Positions 1-12,582 of a stretch of 64,000 nucleotides of DNA are shown piece after piece. Within the stretch, counting starts at the first letter, position 1. Each line of letters begins with the position of its first letter. The notes under the pieces were generated by a model, which saw only the letters and a list, made by a program, of their open reading frames with translations, was not told the origin of the DNA and did no database searches. This DNA comes from Histomonas meleagridis 2922-C6/04-290x (Eukaryota; Protista; Parabasalia), in NCBI GenBank assembly GCA_020184695.1, contig JAANOX010000006.1:1-64000 (forward strand). Reading direction: 5' to 3'. The position numbers and the translations under genes were made by a program.

Positions 1-3000
1 GTAGCTTCGTTGATTATCACTGACGAATCACCCATGTTGGGTACGATACGTCCAATTTCGAATATCTCGAAGAGGCACCTGATCCGTTATTTCAGCAGAG
101 ACCACGACCCCAGATATGAGAAACAAATTTGAATTTCCATTCAAGATTTTTCTCGCCCATAATTAATGTTCGCCTGGACACTAAAGAACAAGATATTAAT
201 GACATTTAGAAAAGCAAAGAAAGAAATGAGGGCAAAGAGTACAGCAGCCGTGGAGATGATAGTGAGCACATTTCAACATATTTAGATTTGAAACATTAAT
301 AAGCAAACATCACCAAAGAAGCACATGATAAAAAGAAACAATTCCGCCAAATGGCCAAAATGCTAATGAAGACATAATATCTTCTGTAAAGAAAGAAGAT
401 TGAACAAAAATTGAATTCATACAAATTTAAGTGAAGAGCAAAAACAATATATGGACCACCAATCAAGCAGAAACATTAGAAAGAATTTTCAAAATATTTA
501 GCTAGAGCACAAATATAGGGCAGCCAAAAAGTAAATGAGTTGTTATTGTAACAATAAACATTTAAAGAGCGGAAGTTAGGATGAAACAAATGAAAATGCG
601 CAACACAAACACATTTGGTCAAAATTAAAGTTTGCACACTTTATTTTTGAGCGCAAGTAGTTATTTACTGTTATTCTTAAAATAATTTTTTTCCGTGTTT
701 TGCTGAATATTTTTCGTGTCATTCCAGTAAAACTCAAATGCCCTTGCAAGGAGCCAGCCAGGGAATTTTTCATATATGACTTATTTTACATTGTGGTTTA
801 TGAGTGTTCTTCAATATAAATAACAAAGAAATTGCTTGTTCATGTCGAATATTTATAACCTGGTTAAACTGATTTGATAGATTTAGTGTTAGTTTCTACC
901 TTCGAATTTTTTGAAATTGGTTGAAAATTTATAAAATCTTCATCTTACTTTTCAAATATTGACACAATGTGAAACAGAATTATTATCAATAAATTTTCAC
1001 TTTTTTATATTGCGATAATTAATTATAGCAATGGGTTCACGAATTGTTAAGCCTTATTGTTTCACTTCAGCAAGATTTCCCAATGTGGTTACTGCTTTTC
1101 AGCGCCATTTGACTTGCCATTTGTATTGTGCGATCAATATTAGCCTGCGCTTCTTTTATTGTCTTTGAAGATGCAAGTTGATTTTTTTTATTTGAATGAT
1201 CTGGATCAGATATGTAATCTGATTTTGAACTTGAATGACTTCCTTGGCATTTTTTTTTGGTTGAAAATGAAATGAATGTGTGGCCTAAGTGTTTGAAAGA
1301 CAGCATTATTAATCGTTTGTATATTCGGTCGAATTACAAGCCCAGTCACAGGTTAATATCAATAAAACAAATATACCGAAGGAATTGCACTAACATGCAG
1401 GTCATGGATAGCCAGTTGTCAAGAGGCGCTTCACCGGTTACTCCCCACATCAACATGCTACGTGATAATAATATTTTTGCAGCTGGAAACGATGATCAAA
1501 AGCAAAATGCTGCAATCATTCAAATCAGTATCAGATGGTACAATCAAGTCAGACGAAGAGGTAACATAAATTCTTGTGAACAGATTGACTTCATAGGCTC
1601 AGAATTCATTCAATGAAGGAGTTAAAAGCGAAAACTCCTCCCAGATACATTGAGTATTATGAAGACAAGCGCTTATCAGGCATTTGAGTCGTTTCAAGAG
1701 AATATAGTGTCTACAGAAAGTAATACACACGATACCCTCATTACGACTGTAACGTCGCCCTTGTAAGGCCTCCAAATAAGTACATTGGTGTTGTTAAACA
1801 AATAGTACTTGATTAATTTGTAAAAACATTTATACAAATGGGAGACTCACTGTGTCAGAATAATATTTCTATGTTAGTTTTCATTTTACATGAAAATAAC
1901 TTCAAATGAATATTTATTTCAACATAAGATTGAACACAGAAAGTGTCTCCATGCTGGCACACAAAGAATGAAATAATCTTTTCACTGATTTTGAGCTGTA
2001 AAACAAAAATTGTGAAACAATTAAATGCTTTAGATGTCAATAACTCCAACATTTTTCAGTAGTTACTTTTGACGCCACCTTGCAGCTGCGATATTGGATT
2101 GTACACAACGATGATGATTGTTACTGTTCATTATCTACGACTGGTGAATCTTTTCCATTAACATCACCTCAAAGATGAATTTTTCCATGATATAACACTA
2201 TCACGTTTTCAGACATCGCCGGCTTCGATATTCAATACTCTTTTCATCAATGAATACATCACTTTGAGAAAAGGTTCTCGCATAAATGAGCTTGTATGCG
2301 CCCAATTGCTCTCGGCTTAACCCATGTTCCACAAATGTTCTTCGTAGCGCAATGCAATATCGGCGTTTTCTTGTCAGCCGTATCAAGAATAATGTTTGGA
2401 TATCTAGCACTGTGTTTCATATTTTTAGCAAGCAGCAGGTGAGTTAGTTAACACGCTAACCTTCTGATGCGTGGAGAATGCTGAAACTGCCTACTCAGCA
2501 CCACACAGCCAACATCTTCAGCCAGATGCTCAGAGTACCTGCGTGAAGGTGGCAAAGCACATGGGATCCATCCAAAGCGTTCATTGCAACCAGCTCAACA
2601 GTCAAACTCTTTTGTCCTTCATCTGATTTCCTGGGAATAAAGTGAAAGGATTTGACACAAGATCATTTTTTCATCATTTCAGCAGCCGGCACAAAAGAAG
2701 ATTCAAATTGAATAGGCACATCATCTATTGTTCGTTATAATCGGAGTAGAACGAGGCAATCTGAATTGCAGTTCGTGTGTATAGTCTCTTTCTCGATTTG
2801 TTTTCCGTTAGAACGCATGTTAAGTACGTGAATATTGTCGTTTTTGTCATCGAATTGAATTCACCTGGTTTTGAGGCGCCATTGTTAGTTTCACGATCGT
2901 CAAAGGAATCAGCTATTACAAACGGTCGTCTACGTTTGTGACTTGTTTGGCTTTCTTTCGATGTAAGACGGCTCCCTTCATTGACAGATGATTTTGGGGT

Positions 3001-6000
3001 CAATCTGGATTACACGCCGTTATCAACACCATCAATCCTGCTCACTGAACGTTACTCAAACGTGGTTGCCAGTTGATCTTATCAATGCATCCACTGTGCT
3101 GTTCAATATTGCAGTGCTCGAACACGTATTGGTGTTGGTGTACAGTTCGTCACCTTCTCTCTCGCTCTTATTACAGAGGGACGTCACACCATCGGGCCGA
3201 ATGACGCTGATGAGTTTGTTACGCATCAGGAAATACAAATGATAAAGGCGTGTCTGCAAGAAGGATGAACTTGAACGTACAGCACCACCGCTGTGCGGCT
3301 CATTCCTTTTTTAATTTGTTTCCTCTTATAATCTTCTTTTCAAGACAATATTTCTTCTAACTCTATTTTGTCAGGTAGAATATGAACATGTTGTGTTAAA
3401 TACTGTCTTCCAGCCTTTTGCGAAGGAGACTTTGCTTTTCACATGACATGCCATTTCTCGTTGCTTGCTGATAATTGCTTAATCACCAAAATGGTAGCAT
3501 GTTTAACACATCACAAACATGTTTGATTTTCTAAAGTGGAATTCACAGGGAAACTGAACATGTCAAAGGCCTGATCTACTGATAAAACCTCATTGATATT
3601 TGATAACATAAATCTAGAACTAAATATGCCAATATTATCATTTGGCAATGGGAAGAAGCTACCAAGATCTCTATCACATATCCAGATTCAATATTCAAGG
3701 AAATACTGTCAACAAACGCTATTATGATTATATCTATGGATATGAAATCACAGTTAAAGTTTCCTCCAAATGAAAAAGTCAAAAGAAATAAACGAACTCA
3801 AGATCACTGATGCTGTTGTTTCACCACCTTCAACTTTCAGCAATTGAAAGAGCTTCTTTTGCTCTCTGCTCTATCGACAAGATCACTTGGTCTGCCTCTG
3901 TTCCAAATCCACATTTGCAGACTCTTTTACGACCGCCACAAACACATCAAAACAAATATCGGCTTGCTCCCAGCGCGGTCTGCTTCACCATATCAAGCTT
4001 ACACGGGATACCCAGCTATTGAAACACATTTTTTCCATCTTGTTGGGATGAAGCTTGCCGATTTACTTTCACCGGTATTCTTGATTCGCCTTCACGAGAC
4101 ATGAGTCTCTTTTCCTCGAGCTTACTCGAAAGAGTGAGACATTAATGTCACTAATCGCCACCACTTCACCTCAAAGACAGAACGATCGTGTCACTGCATT
4201 TCGACTGGTTTCGAGAAATTCTTATCACCTCTGTGATGCTGTCTTTCTGTGCTCGCTTGGCATACGTTCCGGGACTTCCACTGAAGCCAGGCGATGCCCG
4301 TTCTCCACACATCACCATATATCAAAGATCTTCAGACCTCTGAGCCATGGGCGCTGTTGGGCGCAGTGTTTGTAGTAGTGGAATGAGTCTTTAAACTATT
4401 TCAAAAATCTCTGCCGGTTGTACACTTAGTTCTTCATTATCCTATCCGTGGTGACATTGAATTCAATGAACAAATTCTTCAACTACAAATATATCCAATG
4501 AAATCTTCATGTTGACAGTTGTTGGCGAAGTGTTTATACGTTTTACACAATGTAATATAAGGTTAAGAGCGGTCAATAATATTTATGACAAAATTATTAT
4601 TCATTGGTACAAAACGATTCATTATGGTAATATCGGCTGGCTCGTCACGACGAAAATCACCAGTCAAACAGCAATAAATTCATTAATCAACAATACGAGC
4701 AAAGCAAAATTTACATGATATTTTGACTGATCTACTAAAGCAAGAAATTACGCTGGGCTTCATTACGGGTTTTCATCTGCAGTTATACTTAATTTAATGA
4801 TAGGACATTATAGTTCATGGCTGAAAGTTGAAAAGAACATGCTGTCGAAATCGATCAAAGTAAAATAACGAATTGTAAATTTGTATAGTTTATTCAGTGG
4901 CGAATTGATTGATTAAAGAAAGATTTACTTCGGGTGAAAGCGATAAAGAAAAAGAATTAAAGGTCGTTCAGAAAGTTTATACATTCGCCATAAGCATAAG
5001 ACAATTTTCATATTTCACCAATTGTTAACTTGAAAATTTCTTCCTGGTTTTACATAAGCCATTACATCTTATATGCACATTTTGTTTAATGGCTATTTTG
5101 ATTGGGGCCAGACAATGAGATAAGCAATTTTCTATACTGTGTCAATTTTGCTGAGTTGGCACATGTTCATCTTGGTAGCAGCAAAGGGAAAATAAAAGCA
5201 ATAACTCAAATGTCTTTACTCTATATTTTCATGAATAGCGAAAGGATTTACATATAGAATGAAGATATTAACTGGTAATGGTACTTTAAATGGTAACACA
5301 TGAAACACCACAGTCGTCACTAAAATAAGTGTCATAAAAACCATTTTTTTTCAAAGTTGTAATATGCCAGTAAATTTTCCATATATTAAAAGAAAAATCC
5401 TAAGACATATTCGGTCATTTGTTTACGAATCCACTTTGTTGTAGATGCGAAAAACACTATTTCCGTAATAGCATAGATGCTCGTTTCGCCAAATATTTTT
5501 ATACTTTCGTATATTTGTTATATTTTTTGATTTTTTTCTAATGATTATTATTTAACATGATACGCGATAGTAATGATCAATACTTTTATAGAATTAAATG
5601 AATTATGAATAAATTTTTCATTGTTCTTCAATTCAAGATTTTCGTGCTTTTTTTAAATGGCTCTGTTCAAGAAGCAATGAATTTAATCATTCTTGCTGCT
5701 ATATTTGCATTAGACATCTTTCTGTTACAGTACGTGAAATGAGATCCAGAAATATCATTATAAACTTAAGAATTAACATTTTCACTTTGAAAAAATGACA
5801 CCATGAATGAAGCCTTGTTTTTCTTCAAAATTACTTCGAATAAATCTTTCCTCAGAAACTAGATTATTACTTGTATTTTCATTTCGTTTGTTGATATTTG
5901 GCACACTTCAATGCATACAAGAAATTCGAAAAAATATATACGCGAAATCTTAAAATATGGTAATTTCTAAACTTAATTCTTTACTTGAAGCCAGCCGAAA

Positions 6001-6490
6001 TCCTTCATTTGATGAGCTGAATTACCTTTCGCGTTAAAAGAAATGCAAAACACCATCAATAAAAACACCTCTAACAGAAGGGCACAGTACAAGATTCCAC
6101 AATGAATCATTCAATGACAGGGAAACAGCTTTTTTCATTTTCTGAAAGTACGAACTGCAACGACTATGGTGGAAAGAGCGATTTATGAAACACTGGTCAT
6201 GATCTTAAAGATCAGAAAGCCAAAAGAAACAAAAATCAAAAGAAATAAAGAACTAAAAATACGTCCTGTTTACGTTTCATGATCCTATGATTCTGAAGGA
6301 ACTGGTTTATTGAGGTCAGGGTTTGGAGCAGTTACTACGCCTTGTGCTGTTCTATTACAGGAGGTCATGCCAATGAAAGGCCGGTCCACACGCAGGCGGA
6401 TTGATAGTCTGGTAATTTTGCTGATGGGCGGTAAGCGTGCCATTACTCTGATGGAGAATATTGCGCACATTCACGTTATTGCAGCTACAG
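1..6490. repeat. Degenerate inverted copy (fold-back) of ~6506-14670; probable long-read/assembly artefact
   Basis: Reverse-complement landmarks are colinear: 1-135~14521-14670; 1190-1260~13200-13260; ~1270-1750~Rab; ~2200-2700~cyclodeaminase; ~3000-3300~RPS5; ~3500-4700~Hsp70-like; 6043-6490~rhomboid ORF. Axis lies between CTACAG (6485-6490) and CTGTAG (6506-6511). About 8.1 kb is compressed to about 6.5 kb with dense indels and no intact ORF. Confidence 0.9.
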
Positions 6491-7024
6491 CAATGTCAAC
6501 CGTTTCTGTAGTACAATAGCAGTGAATATTCGCCAATATTCTCCATCAAGAATTAATGGCGCATATTTACCGCCCATCAGTAAAATTGTAGATTTATCAA
6601 TCCCATATAGATTATTAAGACCGGCCTTTTCATTGGCTTGCATGACCTCACAAAAAAATGTTACCGAAATAAGAACGGCTATACTAATTGTCCAAAGGCA
6701 TGGAAATGGCTTCTCCAATTTCAATATATCATGTTCATAAGAATCATATATCATAGGATCATAAGCAATAAATGGGTTGTGTTTTTTAGTTCTTTTAATT
6801 TCTTTTTTGATTTTTTGTTTCTTTGGCTTTTCATGATCTTTAAGATCATAATTGTCAATTTCATCATCATCTTTCCACCATAGTCGGATTGCAGGTTCAT
6901 TGGTTTCTTGAGTATTGCTTTCAGAAAATGAATCACTTGTTTCTATATCATTAGATGATTCATTAATAGATCTTATTGCTGTACTTTCTGTGTTAAGAGG
7001 TGTTTTTATTGATGGTGTTTGCAT
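6485..7024 (-). CDS. Rhomboid-family intramembrane protease, N-terminal part only (truncated at the fold-back axis)
   Basis: Acidic/basic N-terminus, first TM helix, then LMGGKYAPLILDGEYWRIFTAIVL (rhomboid L1 WR motif). Homology breaks at ~6508 and the last residues are junction-derived. Confidence 0.75.
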   Translation of the reverse strand: MQTPSIKTPLNTESTAIRSINESSNDIETSDSFSESNTQETNEPAIRLWWKDDDEIDNYDLKDHEKPKKQKIKKEIKRTKKHNPFIAYDPMIYDSYEHDILKLEKPFPCLWTISIAVLISVTFFCEVMQANEKAGLNNLYGIDKSTILLMGGKYAPLILDGEYWRIFTAIVLQKRLTLL

Positions 7025-8376
7025 TTTCTTTAACGCGAAAGATATTGTACATAAAAAAATTTTATAGGAATTCAGCTCATCAAGTAGAGGGGTTCAACAG
7101 AAGGGCACCCCATACAGAAGTAAAAATTAAGTTTTAGAAATTACCATATTTTAAAAAGATTTCGCGTATATATTTTTTTTTCAGATTTCTTGTATGCATT
7201 TATAAGAGTGTGCCAAATTAATCTAACAAACGCTGATTTCCTGAAAATGAAAATACAAGTGAAAAGTATTAATCTAGTTTCCTGAGGAAAGTTTATTCAA
7301 GTAATTTTTTGAAGAAAAAACTTTAAAAGACTTCATGATTTAGCTTCATGAGTTGTCATTTTCCTCAAAGTGAAATGTTAATTCTTAAGTTTATAGTAAT
7401 GTTAGTTCTGGTTCTCATTTCACATTTTCCCATAACAGAAGATGTCTAATGCAAATGCCAAAGAAAATAATAAGAATGATTTAAAATTCGATACTTCTTA
7501 CATACAACTTGAACAAATTACATTTAAAAAAAAACACAAAAAAATCTTGAATTAATAATTGAAGAAACAATGAAAAAATTTGATATAAATTTCCCAAATT
7601 CATTTAATTCTGTAAGCCATTTGGTCTATTATTTATTTGTATGTATAAACATTTAATCTTTATATCAATCATTTAGAAAAAATTCAAAGTAAAGAAGAAG
7701 AAATCTATAACAAATATACGAAAGTATAAAAAATATTTGTATCTATGTAGTTTATTTGAAACGAGCATACAATATTTTAATTTATTTTAAAATAAATGTT
7801 TTTTCACATCTACATTTTATGTAAAATTGGATTCATACTGATAGAGACAAAAATTGTGAATATGTTGAAATCTATACGATGATTGTCAAGCAATGCTTAG
7901 GATTTTTTTCTTTTGAATATATGGAAAATTTACTGGCATATTTTTAGCTTTGAAAAAAATGGTTTTTATGAACTTTACTTATTTTTTGAAATGACGATAT
8001 GGAATCATTTCATGTGTTACCATTTAAAATTACCATTACCAGTTAATATCTTCATTCTATATATAGAAATCCTTTCACTATTCATGAAATATAAATTAAA
8101 GACATTTGAGTTATTGCTATTTTTCCCCTTTGCCCTTTTACCCTACCAAGGTGGACATGTACAACAACTCAGCAAAATTGACCACAATTATAGAAATTCT
8201 TATCCTCATTGTCCTCAAGTACAATCAAAATGTATTAAATATAAAATGTGCACTATAAAGATCTTAATAAGCTTATGTAAAACCAGGAAAGAAAATTTTC
8301 AAATTAAACAATTGAATTTTAAAAAGGAAACAAGCAAAAATTAAAACATCTATTTAATCTTTTACTTAAACATAAT

Positions 8377-10272
8377 TCACAGATATTCTTCTTGGGCCCT
8401 TATCGCTCTATCTTTCATTTTTCTTATAACTTTTCTAATTTCGTCATTCGAAGCCCTTCTAAATTCTTTTTCTTTCCATCGCTTCACGTCATATGTTTGA
8501 CATCCAAGCGTTTCACAAGTAGTTAACCAAGTATTAAATCTTTCTTCTAATCTTTTTCTCTCAAAATCTTCTTTTGATTCAATTCCGCCACTTTTGAATA
8601 AACTATACAAATTTTTGAATTCGTTATTTTTCCTTTTGATCGTTTCGACGTTTTTATGTTCTTTTCCGGCTTTTTCGAGCCATGAACTATAATATTCTAT
8701 CATTAAATTAAGTATAATACCTTTGAATGAAAACCCATGTGAATTAGCGTAATTTCTTGCTTTAATTAGATCTGAATCAAAATCATTATAAATTTTGCCC
8801 CTTTGTAAATTATCGTTCATGTTGTTGATTAATGAATTTATTACTTTGTTTGACTGAGTGATTTTCGTCGGCGATAATTCCCAGCCGATATTTTCATAAT
8901 GAATATCGTTACATTGTGGAACGGGCATTAAAAAATAATTTGTCATAAATGTTATTGACCGCTCTTGGCTATATGTTACGGGTATTGTAAAACGTATAAA
9001 CTCTTCGCCAGTAGTTTTGTCAACGATATGAAAGATTTCATTTGGATGTATTTGTAGTTGAAGATTTCGTTCATTGGATTCAATGTCACCACGTTCAAAA
9101 ATGGGATAATCAGTGATATATGAAGAACTAAGTGTACAACCATTTGTAAGTTTTGAAATAAGTTTAAGATTTCGATTTCCACTACTACAACAAACACCTT
9201 TTTGGAAACACCCAACGTAGCAAGCACCCATGGCATTTGCTGATATAGAATCAAGAGATCGCTGTGGAGAGATACCAAAAGTATCTTTGATATATGTTGA
9301 TATTAATGGAGAACGAGATCCATCGCCTACAAGCTCAATGGAATCAAGACGTATGCCAAGATTGGTACAAGAAAGACGAACATCATAGAGAAATTGATAA
9401 ATTTCTCCAAAAACCGAATCGAGATCTTTTCTGTTGACTTTGATCGTTCTGTCTTTGAATGAAAAAGTGGTGGCGGTTGTGACCGTTAATGTCTCCTTTG
9501 CTTTTCGAGTTAGCTCGAGAAAAGTTTCATAATCTCGTGAAGAACGAAGATCAAAAGAATACCGATTTGAAAGTAAATCAACAAGCTTTTCATCAACATT
9601 CTTACCACCAAAAGATTCATCAAAAAATGATGTGATTTCTTCAACTGAATCCCGTGTAAATTTTGATATAGTGAAACGGATACCTTTGGAACCTACATCA
9701 AAAAAGCCGATAATTTTGTTTTGATGTGTTTTGTGGCGTTCATGCCCATAAAGAGCTGAGGATGCGAATGTGGTTGGAACAAATTGAATAGAATTGATCT
9801 TAGCAATCGATAGAGCAGAATAAAGGAAGCTCTTTTCAATTGCTGAAGTTGAAGGTGGAATTGAAATAACAACATCAATTTGATCTTTGATTCGTTCAAT
9901 TTCTTTGACTTTTTTTAGAATTTGGAGGAGCTTTAAAGCTGTGATTTCATATCCATAGATATAATCATAATAGCGTTTGTTATTGAAAGTATTTCCTTGA
10001 ATAATTGAATCTGGATATCTGATTATAGAATCTTGTGCTTCTTTTCCAAATTGCCAAATGACATTATCTATTGGCGTATTTGGCCTTAGTTTCCTAGATT
10101 TATCATATTTATCCCAAAATGATATATAATTGGGAATCTTTTCCATTGAATCAAAACCTTTGACAAGATGAACTGGTTTTCCCTGTGAACCACATGCTAC
10201 CTTTATTGAGCTTTCTCCCATATCGATACCAACAATTGTTGAAATCGTAATTTTTAGAAAAATCAAAAACAT
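8377..10272 (-). CDS. Divergent Hsp70-superfamily (DnaK/Grp170-like) protein with probable signal peptide
   Basis: 631-aa ORF: hydrophobic N-terminus then VGIDMGESSIKVA, IIGFFDVGSKG, FGGKNVDEKL, IELVGDGSRSP (Hsp70 ATPase motifs, degenerate). Confidence 0.8.
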   Translation of the reverse strand: MFLIFLKITISTIVGIDMGESSIKVACGSQGKPVHLVKGFDSMEKIPNYISFWDKYDKSRKLRPNTPIDNVIWQFGKEAQDSIIRYPDSIIQGNTFNNKRYYDYIYGYEITALKLLQILKKVKEIERIKDQIDVVISIPPSTSAIEKSFLYSALSIAKINSIQFVPTTFASSALYGHERHKTHQNKIIGFFDVGSKGIRFTISKFTRDSVEEITSFFDESFGGKNVDEKLVDLLSNRYSFDLRSSRDYETFLELTRKAKETLTVTTATTFSFKDRTIKVNRKDLDSVFGEIYQFLYDVRLSCTNLGIRLDSIELVGDGSRSPLISTYIKDTFGISPQRSLDSISANAMGACYVGCFQKGVCCSSGNRNLKLISKLTNGCTLSSSYITDYPIFERGDIESNERNLQLQIHPNEIFHIVDKTTGEEFIRFTIPVTYSQERSITFMTNYFLMPVPQCNDIHYENIGWELSPTKITQSNKVINSLINNMNDNLQRGKIYNDFDSDLIKARNYANSHGFSFKGIILNLMIEYYSSWLEKAGKEHKNVETIKRKNNEFKNLYSLFKSGGIESKEDFERKRLEERFNTWLTTCETLGCQTYDVKRWKEKEFRRASNDEIRKVIRKMKDRAIRAQEEYL

Positions 10273-10528
10273 GTTTGTGATGTGATTAAATTTTTGGCAT
10301 AACCGCCATTTTGGAATTTGGTTAAGCGGTTATCCGGCCAAACAACAAAAGAAATCGTATGACATGTCATGTGAAAAAGCAAAAAGTCTCCTTCACCAAA
10401 AAGATTGGAAAGATTGAGAAATATTTAACACAACACATGATTTCATATTCTACCTATTAAAATAGAGTTAGAAGAAATGTGTCTTGAAAGAAGATTATAA
10501 AAATTAAATTAAAAAAAGATAAAACCTT

Positions 10529-11110
10529 TTAACGGTTGGACTTAGCAATACGTTCAAGTTCATCCTTCTTGCGGACTGCATAGCTATCATTTGTATTTCC
10601 TGATGCAGCAATAAGCTCATCAGCAATGCATTCAGCAATGGTCTTAGAAGAGCGGAAAGCAGCCTTACGTGCTCCCTCTGTAATAAGAGCGAGAGATTGG
10701 TTGATACGACGGAGTGGAGAAACATCGCATGCTTGACGACGAACTGTACCACCAACGCCAATACGTGTTGAATCTTCGCGAGCACCACAGTATTGAACAG
10801 CTTTAACAAATACAACGAGTGGATTTTCGCCTGTAACTAAATTGATAAGATCGAAAGCTTGGCGAACGATACGGATAGCCATAAGCTTCTTACCAGCGTT
10901 ACGACCGTGACACATGAGGTAGCAAACAAAACGTTCGATAAGTGGGCAGTTAACTTTGTGGAATTGTTGGTGTTGATAACGGCCTGCTGTGTGTGGGAGA
11001 ATGACTTGTTGCTTCTCGTGGACTGAGATATAGTCAACAAGAGCTTTATCAAGTTGACTAAAATCTATGTCATTATAAGACCATTTTCCGAAGAGTTTTA
11101 CGTCTTGCAT
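10529..11110 (-). CDS. RPS5: 40S ribosomal protein S5 (uS7)
   Basis: [12 protein letters not shown]...[28 protein letters not shown]...[25 protein letters not shown]...ERIAKSNR. Start placed at the ATG at 11110, not the longer ORF start. Confidence 0.97.
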   Translation of the reverse strand: MQDVKLFGKWSYNDIDFSQLDKALVDYISVHEKQQVILPHTAGRYQHQQFHKVNCPLIERFVCYLMCHGRNAGKKLMAIRIVRQAFDLINLVTGENPLVVFVKAVQYCGAREDSTRIGVGGTVRRQACDVSPLRRINQSLALITEGARKAAFRSSKTIAECIADELIAASGNTNDSYAVRKKDELERIAKSNR

Positions 11111-11113
11111 CAG

Positions 11114-11128
11114 AAAGGAAAGCCAAAC
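11114..11128 (-). promoter_or_regulatory. RP-gene core promoter: GTTTGG-N4-CCTTT (M5-type) 3 nt before ATG
   Basis: Minus strand reads GTTTGG CTTT CCTTT CTG ATG; same arrangement at RPS15 and RPL36. Confidence 0.7.
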
Positions 11129-11268
11129 AGAGTCATACAAAACGTAGACGACCGTTTGTAATAAACATAAAGTACTGATTCCTTTTGACAAACGATCGTA
11201 GGCTAACAAATAACACCTCAAAAAACCGAATTGAATTCAATTCGATGACAAAAACGATAATATTCACA

Positions 11269-11274
11269 TCACTT
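11269..11274 (+). promoter_or_regulatory. Trichomonad initiator (Inr) TCACTT
   Basis: TCACTT 5 nt upstream of the ATG at 11280. Confidence 0.6.
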
Positions 11275-11279
11275 AGCAT

Positions 11280-12266
11280 ATGCGCGTTCTGAACGGAAAA
11301 CAAATCGAAGAAGTTTATACACACGAACTTGCAATTCAAGATTGCCTTCGTTCTTACTCCGTTATAGCAGACAATAAGATGATATTACCTATTCGAACAA
11401 CAACAAAAACCGAAAATCAAGATCTTCTTTTAATGCCAGCTGCTGTTAAGAACGGTGAAAAATCTGATCTTGGTGTCAAAATCCTTTCACTTGTTCCAGG
11501 AAATCGAGATAGAGGACTTCCATTCATTCTTGGTAAAGTTTTGACTATTGACGAAGAAACTGGTGCAATGGAAGCACTTTTGGATGGATCCATGGTAACA
11601 TACCTTCGCACAGGTGCTACTGCTGGTGCCTCTGCAAGACTTTTCCATCCCAAACCAGCTGAAAATGTTGTTATCTTTGGCTGTGGTGCCCAAGGTAGAG
11701 CCGGTTTCGAAAGCATTCTCCACGCACATCCAGAGGTTAAGCATGTTAGCTGCTTCGATTACTTCCCTGCTGCTGCTAAAAAGTATGCTGAAACATACAG
11801 TGCTAAATATCCAAACATTACATTCACTGATGCTGATGACAAAGAGAAAGCAGTTCGTAATGCCGATATTATCCATTGCGCTACAACATCTCAAGAGGCA
11901 TTATTTGATGGAACATGGGTTAAGCCAGGAGCACATATCTCTGCAATTGGAGCATACAGGCTCGACATGCACGAGCTTCCAACCAACATTTTCTCAAGAA
12001 GTGATGTAAGATTATTCATTGATGAAAAAGAAGCATGTGAATCCGAAGCCGGCGATGTCATGAAGGCAGTAAATGAAGGTGTTATATCATGGGAAAAGAT
12101 TCATCTTTGGGGTGATGTTGTTAATGGAAAGATTCCTGGTCGTGAAAATGATGAACAAGTAACAATCATCAAAGTCGTTGGTATTGCAGTCCAAGATATC
12201 GTAGCTGCAAAGACAATCGTCAAAGTAGCTACTGAGAAAAATGTTGGAGTTGTCGTTGACATCTAA
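11280..12266 (+). CDS. Ornithine cyclodeaminase / mu-crystallin family protein (bacterial-type)
   Basis: LLLMPA...GVKILSLVPGNRDRGLP, TYLRTGATAGAS, VIFGCGAQG (Rossmann), VKPGAHISAIGAY, KVVGIAVQDIVAA. Confidence 0.93.
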   Translation: MRVLNGKQIEEVYTHELAIQDCLRSYSVIADNKMILPIRTTTKTENQDLLLMPAAVKNGEKSDLGVKILSLVPGNRDRGLPFILGKVLTIDEETGAMEALLDGSMVTYLRTGATAGASARLFHPKPAENVVIFGCGAQGRAGFESILHAHPEVKHVSCFDYFPAAAKKYAETYSAKYPNITFTDADDKEKAVRNADIIHCATTSQEALFDGTWVKPGAHISAIGAYRLDMHELPTNIFSRSDVRLFIDEKEACESEAGDVMKAVNEGVISWEKIHLWGDVVNGKIPGRENDEQVTIIKVVGIAVQDIVAAKTIVKVATEKNVGVVVDI

Positions 12267-12582
12267 AAGCATTTAATTAATTTCTAATTTTTGTTTTACA
12301 ACGATCAAAATCAATTGAAAAGACAAATATTTCATTCTTTGTGTGCCGAGCAATTTGGAAGTGCTTAGGAAACAAATAATGATAACATGGAACACTCTTA
12401 ATAACAATGTATTGTTTGAGAAATAAATTAAATTATTTTTTAAGTTTAATTTTTCATGCTTAAGCATAAAATATTGCATTTTAAGGAAAACTAACATAAA
12501 TATTGTTCTGAATTACGAACTTGATAAGTCTCCGATGCATATAAAAAATGTTTTTACAAAATTAATCAATTTTTTTATTTGT

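Noticed and set aside
6491-6505. Resemblance of the fold-back loop (CAATGTCAACCGTTT) to a nanopore adapter start
   Set aside because: Match too short and degenerate to support.
576-6519. Short ORFs in the first 6.5 kb, including a Rab-like fragment at 1257-1616
   Set aside because: All are garbled mirror images of genes at 6.5-14.7 kb.
7913-8344. 143-aa plus-strand ORF
   Set aside because: No recognisable motif, AT-driven composition, and located in a probably low-coverage region near the fold-back.
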